Notes: generated from the letters alone by a model not told the origin. A stretch of DNA of 64,000 nt from Marsupella aquatica (GCA_973895155.1 OZ316893.1:19658857-19722856); one strand, 5' to 3'. Numbered from the stretch's first letter, positions 26,292 through 39,526 are shown. Made by a program: numbers and translations.

Positions 26292-27223
26292 GAAATGATA
26301 CTTTTTGGTGATCGTCCTAACGTTGGCCAGTGACTAAGAGGAGACAATGTACGACACTGTTCAACACAAAAGTCCCTGCGGAGTAGCACGTTACTACGAC
26401 CGACTTAGTTCCAGGCAAGTTGCCGAGCTTCGAACTGGTTACTAAGTTCTTCAGAGATCTGGATTTTCATGAAGTACGTTGGACAGAAACGCCTTATGCT
26501 GAAATTATCTCATCTTTCAAGCTCAACTTTTAATCTGTACGTAGTTGTGTATGCAAGTCACCCTGGCTGACCATTTCGAGCTTAAGACACTGAAATTTTG
26601 AGCTTAAGCGCGACAGAGTAAAGTGATGTTGCATATGACAGGAATCTGGCTGACGCATCATACAAAGATCATTCAATTGATATTCTGAGTGACTTATCAG
26701 TCTTGAGGTAATTGACATAGAATTGAGATATATATGCAATATCAATAAATCTGGCAAGATCCAATGACTAATATCCTAGATTAATAGGTCTTTCTGTGAA
26801 CAATATATTGTTCCTAGACCCCTACGAGTGCTCAAACGTTTTCCTTTCATCGATGATTCTCTTAGAAATCTGAGAAATTCTGATAAGATACTGGGTCCTT
26901 GAACCTTTTCAAGTGGTGCTCTTAAAACTCGGCAGTTCCCTAAGCTGCAGTTGCATAGAAGATCGAAATTCAGTGTTGCTCAATGCATGATTTGTTGTTT
27001 GTGTTTGCAGCAGAAAATTCAACACTGGGTGAGCAAACTAAGGCAAGGTTCAGATCATGTACGTTTAGGGGTGGAGCCCTTAAAGGATTCTATCATATGC
27101 ATCAAATGGGATCTCTTTCCCAATCTCTTTCAGAATCACCTCTAACAAATGTTTTGGGAGTCCTTGCATTTGTAGGAATGGGGCCCAGATATGACCCGGC
27201 CATTTGACCTAGGCCAGACTTAA

Positions 27224-27503
27224 TATGGTTTCTAATGGCTAAGCTAGTCATTCAAATGGGGTGTCTACTGAACCTTGTCACTTTTTATGAGTGTCACTGA
27301 GGTCTCAATTTCTAGTGAGCACAGTCATTCACTTTGCCTTTAATTTTCAGTGGCACCCTAACTTCGATAACACTTTTGTTACTTGCATTGCTTGACCTAA
27401 CGTTTATTGACTTGGATGACACTGGTGTCATGCATGCTACCTGTTACAATTATATCAAATGAAGGTATATTTTAAGCATATTGGTTAACCATTAGAAACC
27501 ATA
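27224..27503. mobile_element. MITE, Tourist/PIF-Harbinger-like (280 bp)
   Basis: 19-bp TIR TATGGTTTCTAATGG(C/T)TAA with 1 mismatch, flanked on both sides by TAA; no coding capacity. Confidence 0.72.
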
Positions 27504-27929
27504 TAATATCTAAGAATAATTAGGACTTTATCATGATCATATCTTACTAGTCATTAAAGATGGCGAAGCTAGTCATTCAATAATTATTCTAAGAATTGAG
27601 AAATAAGAAAACCAAAGCTTGTGCGACTGAGACTTTGTCCTGCCCAATCATGGACTGAGTAAAGCTATTGGTCAGTTCACATCTGAATAAAGTGACTAAC
27701 AACTTTTGGGAGGATGGGACACTTTTGTGACAGATGCCTCTAGATGTTTTTCAGGTATCAGAACCTGCTGTTTGGGGCAAATTCCTGGATCTTTCATTGC
27801 TTAAGCTCGAATTTTGGAGCATCCCCTATGATGTCCAATCTATTACCTTACAAAGTTTGATATTTTCTGAGACCATTGACTCCATTTACAATGAGCACAG
27901 AAATGGTCAAATTTTATAAATCACCTGAA

Positions 27930-28150
27930 AATGAAGGTTTCACTTTTGTGAAGGATACTCTGAGTAATTTGTGCATGAGTAGCAAATTACTATGTTTGGG
28001 AGGAGGCTACACTTTTGCGAAGGAAAAGTCTAGGATGCCCTGAGTAGTTTAGGCATGAGCAGCCACTTATCCCGGCACTTATCGCTAAGTTTGGACGGTT
28101 TCAAAACTGTGAAAAGTGCCATTGGAGTCCATGCAAGCTTAATTTGAGGT
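27930..28150. mobile_element. Dispersed repeat family A, copy 2 (partial)
   Basis: TTCACTTTTGTGAAGGATACTCTGAGTAATTTGTGCATGAG and GGATGCCCTGAGTA match 695-790 and 46560-46670. Confidence 0.55.
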
Positions 28151-29350
28151 ATTATTCTGGCCTTGCATCATTTTCTGAAATGAAAATAATTAATGTCCAA
28201 CGCAGTTTCAGAATTAATGTTCAAACCGGGAGAGCACTCGGTATTCTTGGGGCCAGGACAGTTGTTTGAGAAACCGTGGACCATACACCTTACATGCATG
28301 TAGTCCCTGTTTCCTTACACCATAGGGAGTTGGGGCAAAGTACAGGCCTTACAAGCTGATGTATAACTGGAGACCTTGGCAGGACCATCAACTTTGGCAT
28401 GTAATCCCTGTTGTCTTGCACCATGCAGAGTTGGGCTGAGAAATTTGCTTGCTTGGGACATCTGTTCAAATATATTCTGGATAGGGGCTTAAAGTTTCAA
28501 TATCACTTGATGGGATGAAATGCACTGCTTAGCAAGCAAGGTTATAAAAGCACCTCATCAAGTTAACTAAGCCTAACTGCCCATTCTTTGGCATATTAAT
28601 GAACACGTCCCCAGACTCACTCCACAATAGTCCCGACCCCACTTCCCTGCTTCCTCACCCCCAGTGTCAGTGTCGAGAGGCTTCACCCTCGTTGCTTCAC
28701 CCTCGTTCACAGTAACTAGTGTTACTTACACTAAATAGAGAGCAGAAATTTGTGGGCTCTACTAATGAATTAGCTAGTGTCACTCACGCTGATTTTGCTT
28801 TGGTCTCAAGAGTGGAAAAGTAATGGAAAAGAACTAATTTTGAAATTACCCACTGTTAACTTGTACTCAAGATCACATTCACCATAATTAGTGTTAGTAA
28901 CACTAATTTCTTGCATAAAACTAATCAATGCGAACTGTGTAGTTAGATATAAAACTCAGTGTCCCCATGAGGCTTTCGGATTGGGTTTATATGGTCAAGG
29001 AAATATGTGTACCCATCAAGGCAAAGGTTTGGGTTTACACCTTCATACTTGCGTCAAGTGAATGTCTGGCGGTGTTGGGTCCTTACAGGTTGACGTGTAA
29101 CGGGGAGACGCTGCAGCAGGAACTGACATGTCGAGTGTGAGGTTTGGTTCGTGGCGAGGTGGGGAGGGTTTGCCCATGGCACTACGCTACACTCCAGGAA
29201 ACCATAGGTTGGGAGATTTTTATGGCCTGGAGTAAAGGGTGATGATCCGTGAGCTCCATATCTCGTCGTCCCTTCTCTGGAAAGGCCACCGGGGTTTTGC
29301 AAATCTCCATCGGTTCTCCTTTGCCGATTTGCTTCCAGTCGCGAAATCGT

Positions 29351-29367
29351 TTGGGCTTTGGGCTTTG
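29351..29367 (+). promoter_or_regulatory. Tandem site II-like (TGGGCY) TCP-binding motifs upstream of ClpP5
   Basis: TTGGGCTTTGGGCTTT lies about 80-95 bp upstream of the ATG at 29448; such motifs are common in promoters of nuclear genes for organellar proteins. Confidence 0.45.
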
Positions 29368-29447
29368 AGCTTTGCTCGTGGATCACAACTCAGCGGACGG
29401 GACAGGAAAGGAAACGAGCAACTCAGTAGAGGAGTTGCGCTCGAGAA

Positions 29448-29567
29448 ATGGCGCACGCAATGCTCACCAGGCCGCTAGCTCCGGCGGTGGTCGCTGCACC
29501 TTCTTCTGTGCAGAATAAGCCCTGCCTGCCCTCGTCTCTGCGCTTGCCCTCCTGGATGCCCCGGTAC

Positions 29568-29619
<52 letters not shown>

Positions 29620-32311
29620 TCTTGGTGGGGGAGGAAAGGAAAACTTTGTGAAACTTATGGATCAATTCATCCACTTGTTGGACGGCACTCGGCGGACGTA
29701 ATTAATTTCTGAGCCCATAGAGGGTTACGATCGAATTTGAATTCGATTCGTTCAGTCCACCTTTTTCGTTGGAAGTCTAGAAATGAATCCCTTTTGTTTA
29801 CAGTGGGGCTAGTGTCGGTCAGGATGAATTCATTCGAGCGTCTCTAGCTCCTCCCAGGTGATTGGTGCTATTTTATTATTGGGTCCTCTGTCTATGATAC
29901 CCTTTCCTTATTAGGCAGATGAATTCTCATTCCTCCTTTCCTCGCCTTTGCTGTCCTTTCGTCGCCTTTGCTGTCCTTTCCTCTACTTCTGCGCTGTCCA
30001 GAGTAAAGGGTTTACCGTCGTAACGGAAATATGGGTTCTCATTAAGATGTTGAGACATCTCTGGTTTCCAGGGCCGGAAGGGTGGTAACAGCTGCTTACG
30101 ACCCAGCAAAAAGATTACGGTCGGAAGGTTTTTGGACTCCCTCGGATACGGTTGCTGCCAATAGCGTTTGGTCCATCAGGTATCAGACCAGGATCTACTG
30201 TGACTGAAAGCCTAATACTTCAAAGGAAACGATGTATAGGAATGAGGAATTACTAAATTCCTAGATGAGGGATGACATCATGAAGAGGGATTAGCAAGTT
30301 GGTGCATGCAACTATGTTTTGAAACGCTTTAGACCTCTCTGTCAACATCTGAAGGTCTTCGGATATGCAGGAATGACCTAGAAGTGCCGTCATCTATTTA
30401 TGCCCAAGGTGGACAAGGTCCACCTCCTATGTTGATGGAGCGCTTTCAAAGTGTCATCACCCAACTGTTTCAGCATGTAAGTGTGTTTTTTTCCGAAACT
30501 GGTCAAGCTTTCAAGTTCGTTTGAAAAATATGTGAGCACAGTGCTTACTGACATGGAATTATTCCTCAGCGGCTGTCTATATTGCGTGGTCCTCTTAAAG
30601 GACATCTGGACTTCCTGTCCTCTTTTCGAAGTGAGGAAGTGGGTTTTGCGTGGTCTGCATGACAACGGTCTCGGTCACGCCAGACTAGGACACCGAGTGT
30701 AGAAGTTTTGTGACTGGAAATAGTATTCCTCTTTATGAGGTGGTGTGGAGTGAAGAGGTCGTAGCGAGTTAACACGGTGAGATCTAATGTATTAGGTTCT
30801 GACTGAGGTTTTGTTGGTTTTCAGAGAATTATCCGTTGTGGTGGAGCTGTAGATGATGACATGGCCAACTTGATCGTTGCACAATTGTTATACCTAGATG
30901 CAGCTGATCCTAACAGAGTAAGTCATTATTGGAACCTTGCGCTCACGAACTTGTGAACTTCTTGGAAATGCCATAGTCAATGCTTATACCTCAGTTCGTG
31001 ATACAGAATCCCTCAGGGTTGGACTTTGATAGCAGGTTCTGTACAAGGCGTTAGTCTTCGGTGCCCTCTGAAAGTTAGATGAACTCTATGGTTTGGTTGA
31101 ATTCTTGTGACTAAGTCCTTTATTGCTTCCAGGATATTATCATGTACGTCAATTCACCAGGAGGCTCTGTCACTGCTGGTATGCCTTGTCACGGGTCTAC
31201 CCGAGTTGAATTCAGATGCAAGTTTTTTGTGATTGGGAACTGATGGGAATGGCTGTCGCAACATCAATAGATCAAGAACTGAACACAATGCATATGTGTG
31301 CGCTGTTGAGTTTCTGGATTTGCTGGTATGGATTCTTATTACTATGCAATTGGCTGGATTCGGCAGGTATGGCTATTTTTGATACAATGAGACACATACG
31401 ACCAGATGTCAGCACTGTTTGTGTGGGCCTAGCTGCCAGGTAGAGGGCTGGCCTTGCCTCTCTGGATTTGGGTTGATTGTTTTACCTTCAGTTATTGAAT
31501 CTTAGTGGAAGTGTTTGATGGTGAAAGTACATGGTAGTTCTGGACAAGAGATCCAGCAAAATTGAAGGTCTAATACTGTGGAATCGGTCCACCTTCATAC
31601 CTTTTATGGATCAAAAAAACATTTACTGAGGCTCCTTACCTGTAATTGCAGTATGGGTGCTTTTCTGCTCAGCGGCGGTACCAAAGGTTCGTTGTCCGGA
31701 CTCATTTGCCTGTCGTGATGTTTGGAAGCATATCTTGAAACCGTGCCAAGAGTAATGTTAAATTGACGATCTATGTTGGTCATGAGTACGAACGAACAAA
31801 TAAAGTGATTGCAATTGTAGTTGGTGGCTTCCTCCTGGAGTAATATGATGGGTTGTCCACAGGAAAGCGATACAGTTTACCAAACTCACGCATTATGATC
31901 CATCAGCCTCTTGGAGGTGCCCAAGGTCAACAAACCGACATTGAAATTCAGGTTTGTTCATTGAAGCACTGCACGCCGTCTAGCAAAGGTTTTCATTTTT
32001 CATGCTTGCCGTTTACTGTTTTTTCCGTTTCAGAGTGGCTTTGAGCATGGTACCTCGCTAGAAGTAGACCTTTCCCTGATAATAAGCTGCCTTGTTTTGT
32101 CCAGGCCAATGAGATCTTGCATCATAAAGCAAACCTGAACGGTTATCTTGCCTACCACACTGGCCAACCTTTGGAGAAAATTGTCCAAGATACTGATCGT
32201 GATTTCTTCATGAGTGCCAAGGAGGCAAAGGATTATGGGCTCATTGACGCTGTCATCTCTAATCCATTGAAGGCGCTACAGCCACTACCTGCACCCGTCC
32301 CTGCTGTATGA
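29448..32311 (+). CDS. CLPP5: ATP-dependent Clp protease proteolytic subunit 5, chloroplastic (nuclear-encoded, with transit peptide); 10 exons
   Basis: Exons 29448-29563, 29804-29857, 30072-30179, 30371-30476, 30825-30917, 31133-31178, 31367-31439, 31652-31686, 31863-31951, 32105-32311. ClpP5-type GQGPPPM..ERFQSV..QLFQ and [16 protein letters not shown]; catalytic S (AASMG), H (IMIHQP), D (DRDF); Ser/Ala/Pro/Arg-rich N-terminus. Confidence 0.95.
29570..29617. repeat. (CT)n microsatellite in ClpP5 intron 1
   Basis: About 24 perfect CT units just after the donor site. Confidence 0.97.
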
Positions 32312-32859
32312 TGAGGCAATTCAATGTGCTCTTATAGTATATGATGTACTTAATGGAAAGGTACGATATGTGGATGGACACAAGTTACGAATCAATCTCT
32401 GCAAAATTGCGAAGTTGACATGTAAAGTCGGACTGGATGAAGCCAAGAAAGTAAATCGTCATCCTAGTTCACCCTCAGTAAATATGTACGAGTCATCTGA
32501 TTTCTTGGAAGAATCTCAAGACAATTTGGTTAACCCGGGAGTACCTTCTGTCCAAATGATCCGCCGCATCATTTGGATCTGGCTGTATTAGTCTCTCACG
32601 TATGTGTTTGGTGGTGAATCTCAAAGTAGTGCCTTCTACGCCTTCTACTGTTCAAAATTGGGGAACGATATGGCGATCTAAAGTGCATGAATATTCCTTC
32701 TTGAAGGTAGATGGCTTGATAAATTCTCTGAACATCCTGAATGTTGTTGTGAACTTTAAGTTAGACCATACTGGTTGCCTTATTCTGCTCCAGCAGAACT
32801 GCTGGCGTCTTTGAGCAAGCACATCTAGAAGCCCTTCTGGCACGTTCAGCCAGAATCCA

Positions 32860-33000
32860 GAGTAGGTCAATGCTCAACTCACCCCTTTCTGGTAGATTCA
32901 GCCCTATTTGAATCTGGTGGACTTTAATGCTCACCTCACCCCTTTTTGGCAGTTCAGCCCTACTTGAATCTGGAGGAGGTTAATGCTCAACTCACCTTGG
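32860..33000. repeat. Tandem repeat, ~56 bp x ~2.5
   Basis: AATGCTCA(A/C)CTCACC recurs three times; TTCAGCCCTA(T/C)TTGAATCTGG recurs twice. Confidence 0.8.
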
Positions 33001-33109
33001 ATCCGAACCTAAAATAACAGTCAACTCACCCTCATCCAGATTATGGACTACGTATTTGTATGGTCTAGGTTTGATCTCAGAGATAATAAAAGTAAGATAA
33101 TCGAACCTG

Positions 33110-33465
33110 AGATCTTGTAAAGCCAGTTTGGCCAGGGTTGAGCCTAGAACCAAAAGGGCCCAGGATCAATCCCCCTTCCATGCACGAGATTTGGAAAGTA
33201 TTTGTGAGTGGGTGGGTGGTGTAGTGAGGGGGCTATTGATTCTGTCTCTAGCTGGTCTCTGTGTGACCCTGGTTTATTAATCCTCTCTCTCCTGGTATGG
33301 GGGACTGGTCTCTGTGTGACCTTGGTTTTATTAATCCTCTTTCTTCTGGTATGGGTCCCCTGGATAGATCACCTAGGTAATTTCTCTTTGGGGGATGTTC
33401 GACAGCGGTGCATACTCCCACAAAGATGTCTATCATGGAAGATGTTTTTTTGGTTTCAAGGCAAA
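33110..33465 (+). mobile_element. tRNA-derived SINE, copy 2 (more diverged)
   Basis: CAGTTTGGCCAGGGTTGAGCCTAGAAC...CCCAGGATCAATCCCCC head, TTAATCCTCTCTCTCCTGGT body and TTCAAGGCAAAG end all match the other two copies. Confidence 0.7.
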
Positions 33466-36370
33466 GTTAGTGTGCCGACCTTAGCAGGTCCAACCGTATC
33501 TTGAAACGAAGTTGGGTGTGAACTCACACTGTTGCTTGCAGCATTCTTTGTGTAGGATAACCCAGGGGGTTACAGCCCACAAGAAGTCGATGGATTACTG
33601 AATTACTGTGATGTTGTAAGGTTTTCAAAGGATTTGTCCTGTAAAATGTCACTAGAACGATGGATATTTCCTTTTGATTCCAAAAATCAAAGGTGGGGCC
33701 ACTCGAGGGCTTACACCTGGGATTGACCCAATCAAATAAAATTTTAAAATTGCCATGGGAAACCACTTTGGGGCCATTCCAGTGAGGCCAAAGAAGCTTC
33801 TAAAGTTATTCAAACTACTGTAGGTGAGTATGAACCTTACCTTCAGCAAAATTTTGGTAAAGCCCCCTCTAGCCCCTGTACCGCCTCTCATCCTCTAAAA
33901 GTGAGGACCAGCAGCAACCCAGGCAGGTGGGCCAGAAAAGGCCAGATATTATTTCGGCTCAATGCCCTTTCAGAGAGCACCTTTCAATTTGACCTTGATA
34001 TCAGAAAAGAGAGAAAAAGATACAAAACTAAAAAAATGTTCTCCCTCCACATAGCACAGATCAGACCATTCCTGTTATAAAAGTGTGCTCTTCAGGTGGA
34101 GCAAGTTAAAATCCTTATATGATGGATGAGTCTGACATTATCCCAAGACACCCCAGCCATTGTCCCCTGTCTGTAACTGACTACAGAGGACATTCTAGCA
34201 ACCAATAGTACAAAGAAGAAGTACTCATGACTGCCATACCAAACTAAGGTAGGGAGAACCCAGAAGAGGCTGGGCATAAACTCATGATTGCCAGCCATAC
34301 CAACCTACGACAGCCACAACCGGGTTAGTGCATGCCCTGTGCAAAAACTCAATATTTCTACCTATCAAGTATTATAAAGTAGCCCATATATAATTTAGCT
34401 AGGTTTCATTTGAAATTTTTATTAATAATGTATTCATGAAAATGCTTTGAATCTAACTAATAAAGCGCAATCAAAAGTTACTTTCTGGGCCTAGTGTCTA
34501 GAGGTTTCATTCAAAGCCTCTAGATTGTCACTCTATGTGAGGGCATAACTGAAAGTGAGGGTGCAAAGCCATGGGGGCAAATATGAACAGGAAATAACTC
34601 TATGTGAGGGCATAACTGAAAGTGATGCAAAGGGATGGGGGCAAAGATGAAAGGAAATAAGGGGAAATCCTTTCATGCAAGGCTTTTTGTTGTCTCCTCT
34701 CCTCATCTAGCTTTTCTTTCAAGGAATGGGTTATCAGGCTAGAGTCTCATTTACATCATGAAAATTTCTCAAAGTCTCACAAACACTTAAAGTAGGTCAG
34801 ATGCCTAGGGGACTGGTGTGAAACTGAAAGGTCCCAAGTTTTGTGTCCATACCCATTACTAGGGAGTTAAGGTCCATCAAATTGTTGCACTAATATTAAT
34901 TTGTTCTTCCCAACTCCCAAGCCACCTGTAGAGCATTTTTTCAAAGCTTTGTAACCAGGGATATATCATCATAAAGTAATTTTAGACGGTGCCAACCCAC
35001 AACCTCCACGTGCGCGCAATCGGGAGTCCTGTGTAGTAATGAGGCAGTCAAAAATCTCACAAAAAGGATTCTGGGAAGGAAAGAGCAATGAGGGCCCTGC
35101 CTTTTGTTTGAGATGCCATAGAGAACTTTTGCAGCTGGCTGCTATGTGAGATTAACACATAGGTTCCTCAACACGGGCACAGGAGTGTTTGCTGGTCCTA
35201 TCTCGGATTCAGCCTCTTCTCCTCTTTGTTTGAGGTCGTGCAGAATAGTGTTGGTAGCAATTGCTCTTGTGGAATCTATGTTTGTGTGAGCCGCACATAC
35301 AGATGCTAGAGTTTGCTCATGGTGTGATATGATTGTTTGGACAAACAACATAGTGAGTATGACTGTGGAATTGGCTAGCAGAGGGTCCGGTAACCATTGG
35401 AATCACCTTAGGAGCATCAACTCCAGATAAGGTGTGAAAATTGAAGAGCACTAATGGCCTTTATGCTCTTTGATGATCACCTGTTTACCAAGCTCTATTT
35501 GGTATTTTCCTAGTGCACACTTCATGAAGTTTGATAGAGCAACGCCTAATAGTTTGATAATCAGAATTTGTATCGGCATGTGAGATTGGTGCCTGACTTT
35601 TGGATTCTGCAGGTCATGGAGGATTGTCAACAGGTTCTCCAACCTCTATAGATTTCACACCTAGGGACTTTCATCACCAATCTTGGCTGCCATATTTGAG
35701 TTTAGACATCAACAGGTTCTTCAACCTTTATAGATTTCACACCTGAGGACGTTCATCACCCTTCTGGTCAGGCTTATTTTCTCTATTTTTGGAGACCCTA
35801 GGATTTATGGCAACACAATTGAAGGCTTGGAGTCTGGAAAACATGGAAATGTACTTTATATTGGAGCTCTAAATAGGGCATCTGTAATCTGGATGTGATC
35901 AGCTACGAGTTAGAACAAGTAGCAAGCCACTGACATCTCTCAGGCTCTGTAGTGAATGTCATGGGCCTGGTGATTGTAGATTCAACTAGTATATGTTCAA
36001 AGTCCAATACAACAGATGCACCTTGTCCAAGGCATCAAACAAAATACAAATAAAACTCTGAATAAGACAAGGTAACCTGAGAGTAGGCTCTTGAAGGTAA
36101 CACCACAATAACACGGGATGTATGCCTGTGCTGAGTTCAATATGTTATTAAGTTTCCCTAAGAAATCCAATGTATTGTTAACTTTAAGTATATTAGGGTA
36201 CACTAAGTAAATATATGTGACCAAAATTTAATGACATAATGACACCACGTGTAAACATTGTATGATACTGTGCAATATACAACGCCTATTCAAATGCATG
36301 TAACCAGGTTAGATGAGGCAATTTAATCAATGTCTTCCCATTGGTCCCTGCATCTTAGGGCATTTTGTTT

Positions 36371-36925
36371 TGGGTAATAATGACAAGTAGAGAGAAGTTA
36401 CTCTTCAACTAGTCTAACATTTACCAAGGTAACATAAGAAACCCAATAAACTTTTCAGCTTCTCTAACATTTACCAAGGTAACTGGGTAATAATGACAAG
36501 TAGAGAGAAACTCTTCAACTACTCTAACATTTACCAAGGTAACATAAGAAACCTAAGAAACTTTTCAATTTCTCTAACATTTAAAAGGTAACTGGATAAT
36601 AATGACAAGTAGAAATAAACTCTTCAACTACTCTAACAGTTACCAAGGTAACATAAGAAACCCAAGAAACTTTTCAACTTCTCTAACATTTACCAAGGTA
36701 ACTGGGTAATATTGACAAGTAGAAAGAAACTCTTTAACTACTCTAACATTTACCAAGGTAACATAAGAAACCCAAGAAACTTTTCAACTTCTCTAACATT
36801 TACCAAGGTAATTGGGTAATAATGACAAGTAGAAAAAAACTCTTCAACTACTCTAACATTTACCTAAGGTAACATAAGAAACCCAAGAAACTTTTCAACT
36901 TCTTTGACATTTACCAAGGTAATTT
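36371..36925. repeat. Higher-order tandem array: ~110-bp dimer (50+60 bp monomers) x5
   Basis: Core CTCTAACATTTACCAAGGTAAC occurs ~10 times (e.g. 36631, 36681, 36741, 36791, 36851), followed alternately by ATAAGAAACCCAAGAAACTTTTCAACTT and TGGGTAATAATGACAAGTAGAAA..AACTCTTCAACTA. Confidence 0.95.
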
Positions 36926-37829
36926 AGGAAACCCTTTGGCTACTATGGGTAGAAGAATACCAAGGGACTCTAACACCTTTCAGCTACTATGGACAAAATA
37001 GTATTTTCATGAAGTATATGAAATATTACATATATTGTATAGACATAGAGGTACTAAGGGAAACATTTGCATGGAGAATTACCCTCAATATACCATGAAT
37101 GTACTCCTATTTGTCTTAAATGAAGTTGTCATCACTACCTTTAAAATTCACTTCATTTAAAATCCTCCATTTAATGTTTGTCCTCTCATCTATCTATTCC
37201 AACGTGCAACTCTTCATGGCTCCAAATAGTTCAATAAAACAAGCTTACATAACCAAGGAGTCCTCGCACTAATTCATATCTACTAAACATTGTAGTCTCA
37301 TAACTCACTGGTTGAAATACTGTAGTGACTTGCAAGCAACAGGTTTTCGGTTTAAAACCAGGGGCTGTCAAAATTCTTGCATATGAGAGCATTCCAAGTG
37401 CATGTGCTATTTTGGGGGCTAGTGCCTGGATTGCCTTTGGACTCAGTTCGTGGATCATTAAACACTCCCACTCCCAATGACAGCAGCTAGGTTACATGGC
37501 AAAGCCAGGTTCTTGCAAACACTTCACCTGGTGTTAATTAGAGGCCAAGTTGTAAACTTACTAATGAATGCACATAGTGCCAGAATCACATGAGCTTTTG
37601 TTTACTACCACATATTAAACTAAACATGATTTTGAAAGATGGTGATGCAAGTTAAAAGGATAAAAAAAAATCTACCGTTCTTCTTCCTCCTCCCCTATGG
37701 GTCGACCTTCCAAGAAAGCTCTTTATTACAATCCCTTGGGTTCCATTTTGAGATGTTGCCCTCCTGCCTATTGCATTCAGGGGGGTTAAGAGAATAACCT
37801 CCAATTCTTGTAAAATGTCAACCCTTTTG

Positions 37830-38270
37830 TATGCAAAGGGCTTTGGTGAATGCCACTTTGGGATGGAGGTTTCTGCAAAACTTGATCAACTTAAGAATCT
37901 TGAACTCAAAACTTCTGTTGCTGCAATGAAGATTGTGACCTGCAATGAAGACTGTGACGGCTGGGCTACACTTTGTTGGGATGACTAATGTTGGGCAAGC
38001 TTTGCACTTATGTGGATCTGTGAGCCGCATTGTACCATTTGGAATGTGAAAACAAACACCATCATGTTTCACCTTCTATAGACGATGGACAGGACGCTAT
38101 AACAGACAGCATTCAATGGAGGGATGCGGTAGGCAGCAATAAATGAGTCGCCTAGGAAAGCAAGTCCATAATAGAGAATGTTTTGCCACTTTGGCGATTT
38201 AAATTTATAAAATTACCTTGCACTCTCTCTCATTAGTCATCCCTACTCTGCACTTATGTGAATGCGTGCA
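37830..38270. mobile_element. Dispersed repeat family B, copy 1
   Basis: Collinear similarity with 48765-49110 (GGGCTTTGG..CCACTTTGGGATGG, AGTCCATAATAGA, CCTTGCA..CTCATTAGTCAT). Confidence 0.65.
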
Positions 38271-39475
38271 CCATAGGTAGCATTTGGAAATGTAAAGACA
38301 TAATTATGTCTTCCTGTCTTCACCTCCTATATGTGACTGAGAGTGGACCACAAAACACATCATTGAAGGTGGGACCCAATGGAGAACAATAAATGCATTT
38401 CTTGGAAAGCTAGTCCAACATCTCCTCCTCCTCCTCCTGCCATCACATAGGAGCCCGAACCAGCATTTCCTTACTTTGAGAATTTGCATTTGTTACCAGT
38501 GAATCATTCAAAGAGGTTAGTAAAAAGTTTCAAAGAATCAATTTGCAAAATCAAAATATCTGACCATACATAGATTCTAAGAGTCCTAATGTGACTGTAC
38601 AACATTTTTGCTCAGCAGAGGCTTCCCAATTAGTCCTAAAGGCCACTGCCCAAAATCATAGGGAAAGCGGGCCCTGACCCTAAAGGCAGAGAAAGAAAGA
38701 AATGCCAAGGGAGAATGACAAAAGGGAAAGAAAGGGGTGCAGGGGAAGACGAGCAAGAAGAACGGATAATGCAGCCATGGGATGATGAGAGTATAGTCTT
38801 AGGGAGTCTCAAACCTCTGAGTTTTTGCCTATGGTCACGGTCAAGGTTGTTTTCCCAAAACTAAAGTGGCAAACTAAAAAGCTTGTCTGCAGACTTGTGG
38901 CCAAAGACCAAAACTGGAACTTTGGGGCCAGGGTTTTTTTTGCAGCCCTACAGGTTTGAGACTTTAAAATGTGAGGTACACTGAGTTGGCGACCACACTT
39001 TTTCGCCCTGGCCTTTTTGCTCACTGCAGGCCAACCCGTTACAAGCCCTCTCAAAGTTCACCTCCCCCACCCCTTGGCGTCGCATGCCCATAAACCACAT
39101 CCGGGCCGTAGTTTCGACCACTATTTTTTGCGGTCAGTAGCCTGGACTACAAACGAGAGTTACAAAGATGAGACGCCCTATTGGAGACTGCTTATGTGGA
39201 AAGATGGGGAGGGCCAAACCTAAGAGAAGAGGCCTACGGTCCTGTAGATCGTAAAAGAAAAAGGGCAGAGGCCTCCGAGCAGGCTGGAAAGACGAGAGGA
39301 GGAGGAAAGAGAGGCCGTGCCACCGTGGGCAGGCGAGGCCCGGGGATGGGACAGCAAGCATTGGTTTTGTAACGTGCGGAAGACGAGAGTGATGGTGGTG
39401 GTGTGGCAAGGCGAAGCAAAGAGAGAGAAGATGGAGGATTAGGAGTAGTTCTTTGGGGTTCGATTGAGTTTTCTC

Positions 39476-39526
39476 CTCTTCTCATCTCATCTCATCTCAT
39501 CTCATCTCGTCTCGTCTCGTCTCGTC
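39476..39526. repeat. (CTCAT)n-(CTCGT)n compound pentanucleotide microsatellite in the UBC 5' region
   Basis: Five CTCAT units followed by four CTCGT units. Confidence 0.9.

Noticed and set aside
36371-36925. CRISPR array (22-bp repeat with 28-38 bp spacers)
   Set aside because: The spacers are not unique (two types alternate), there are no cas genes, and the context is eukaryotic and intron-rich.
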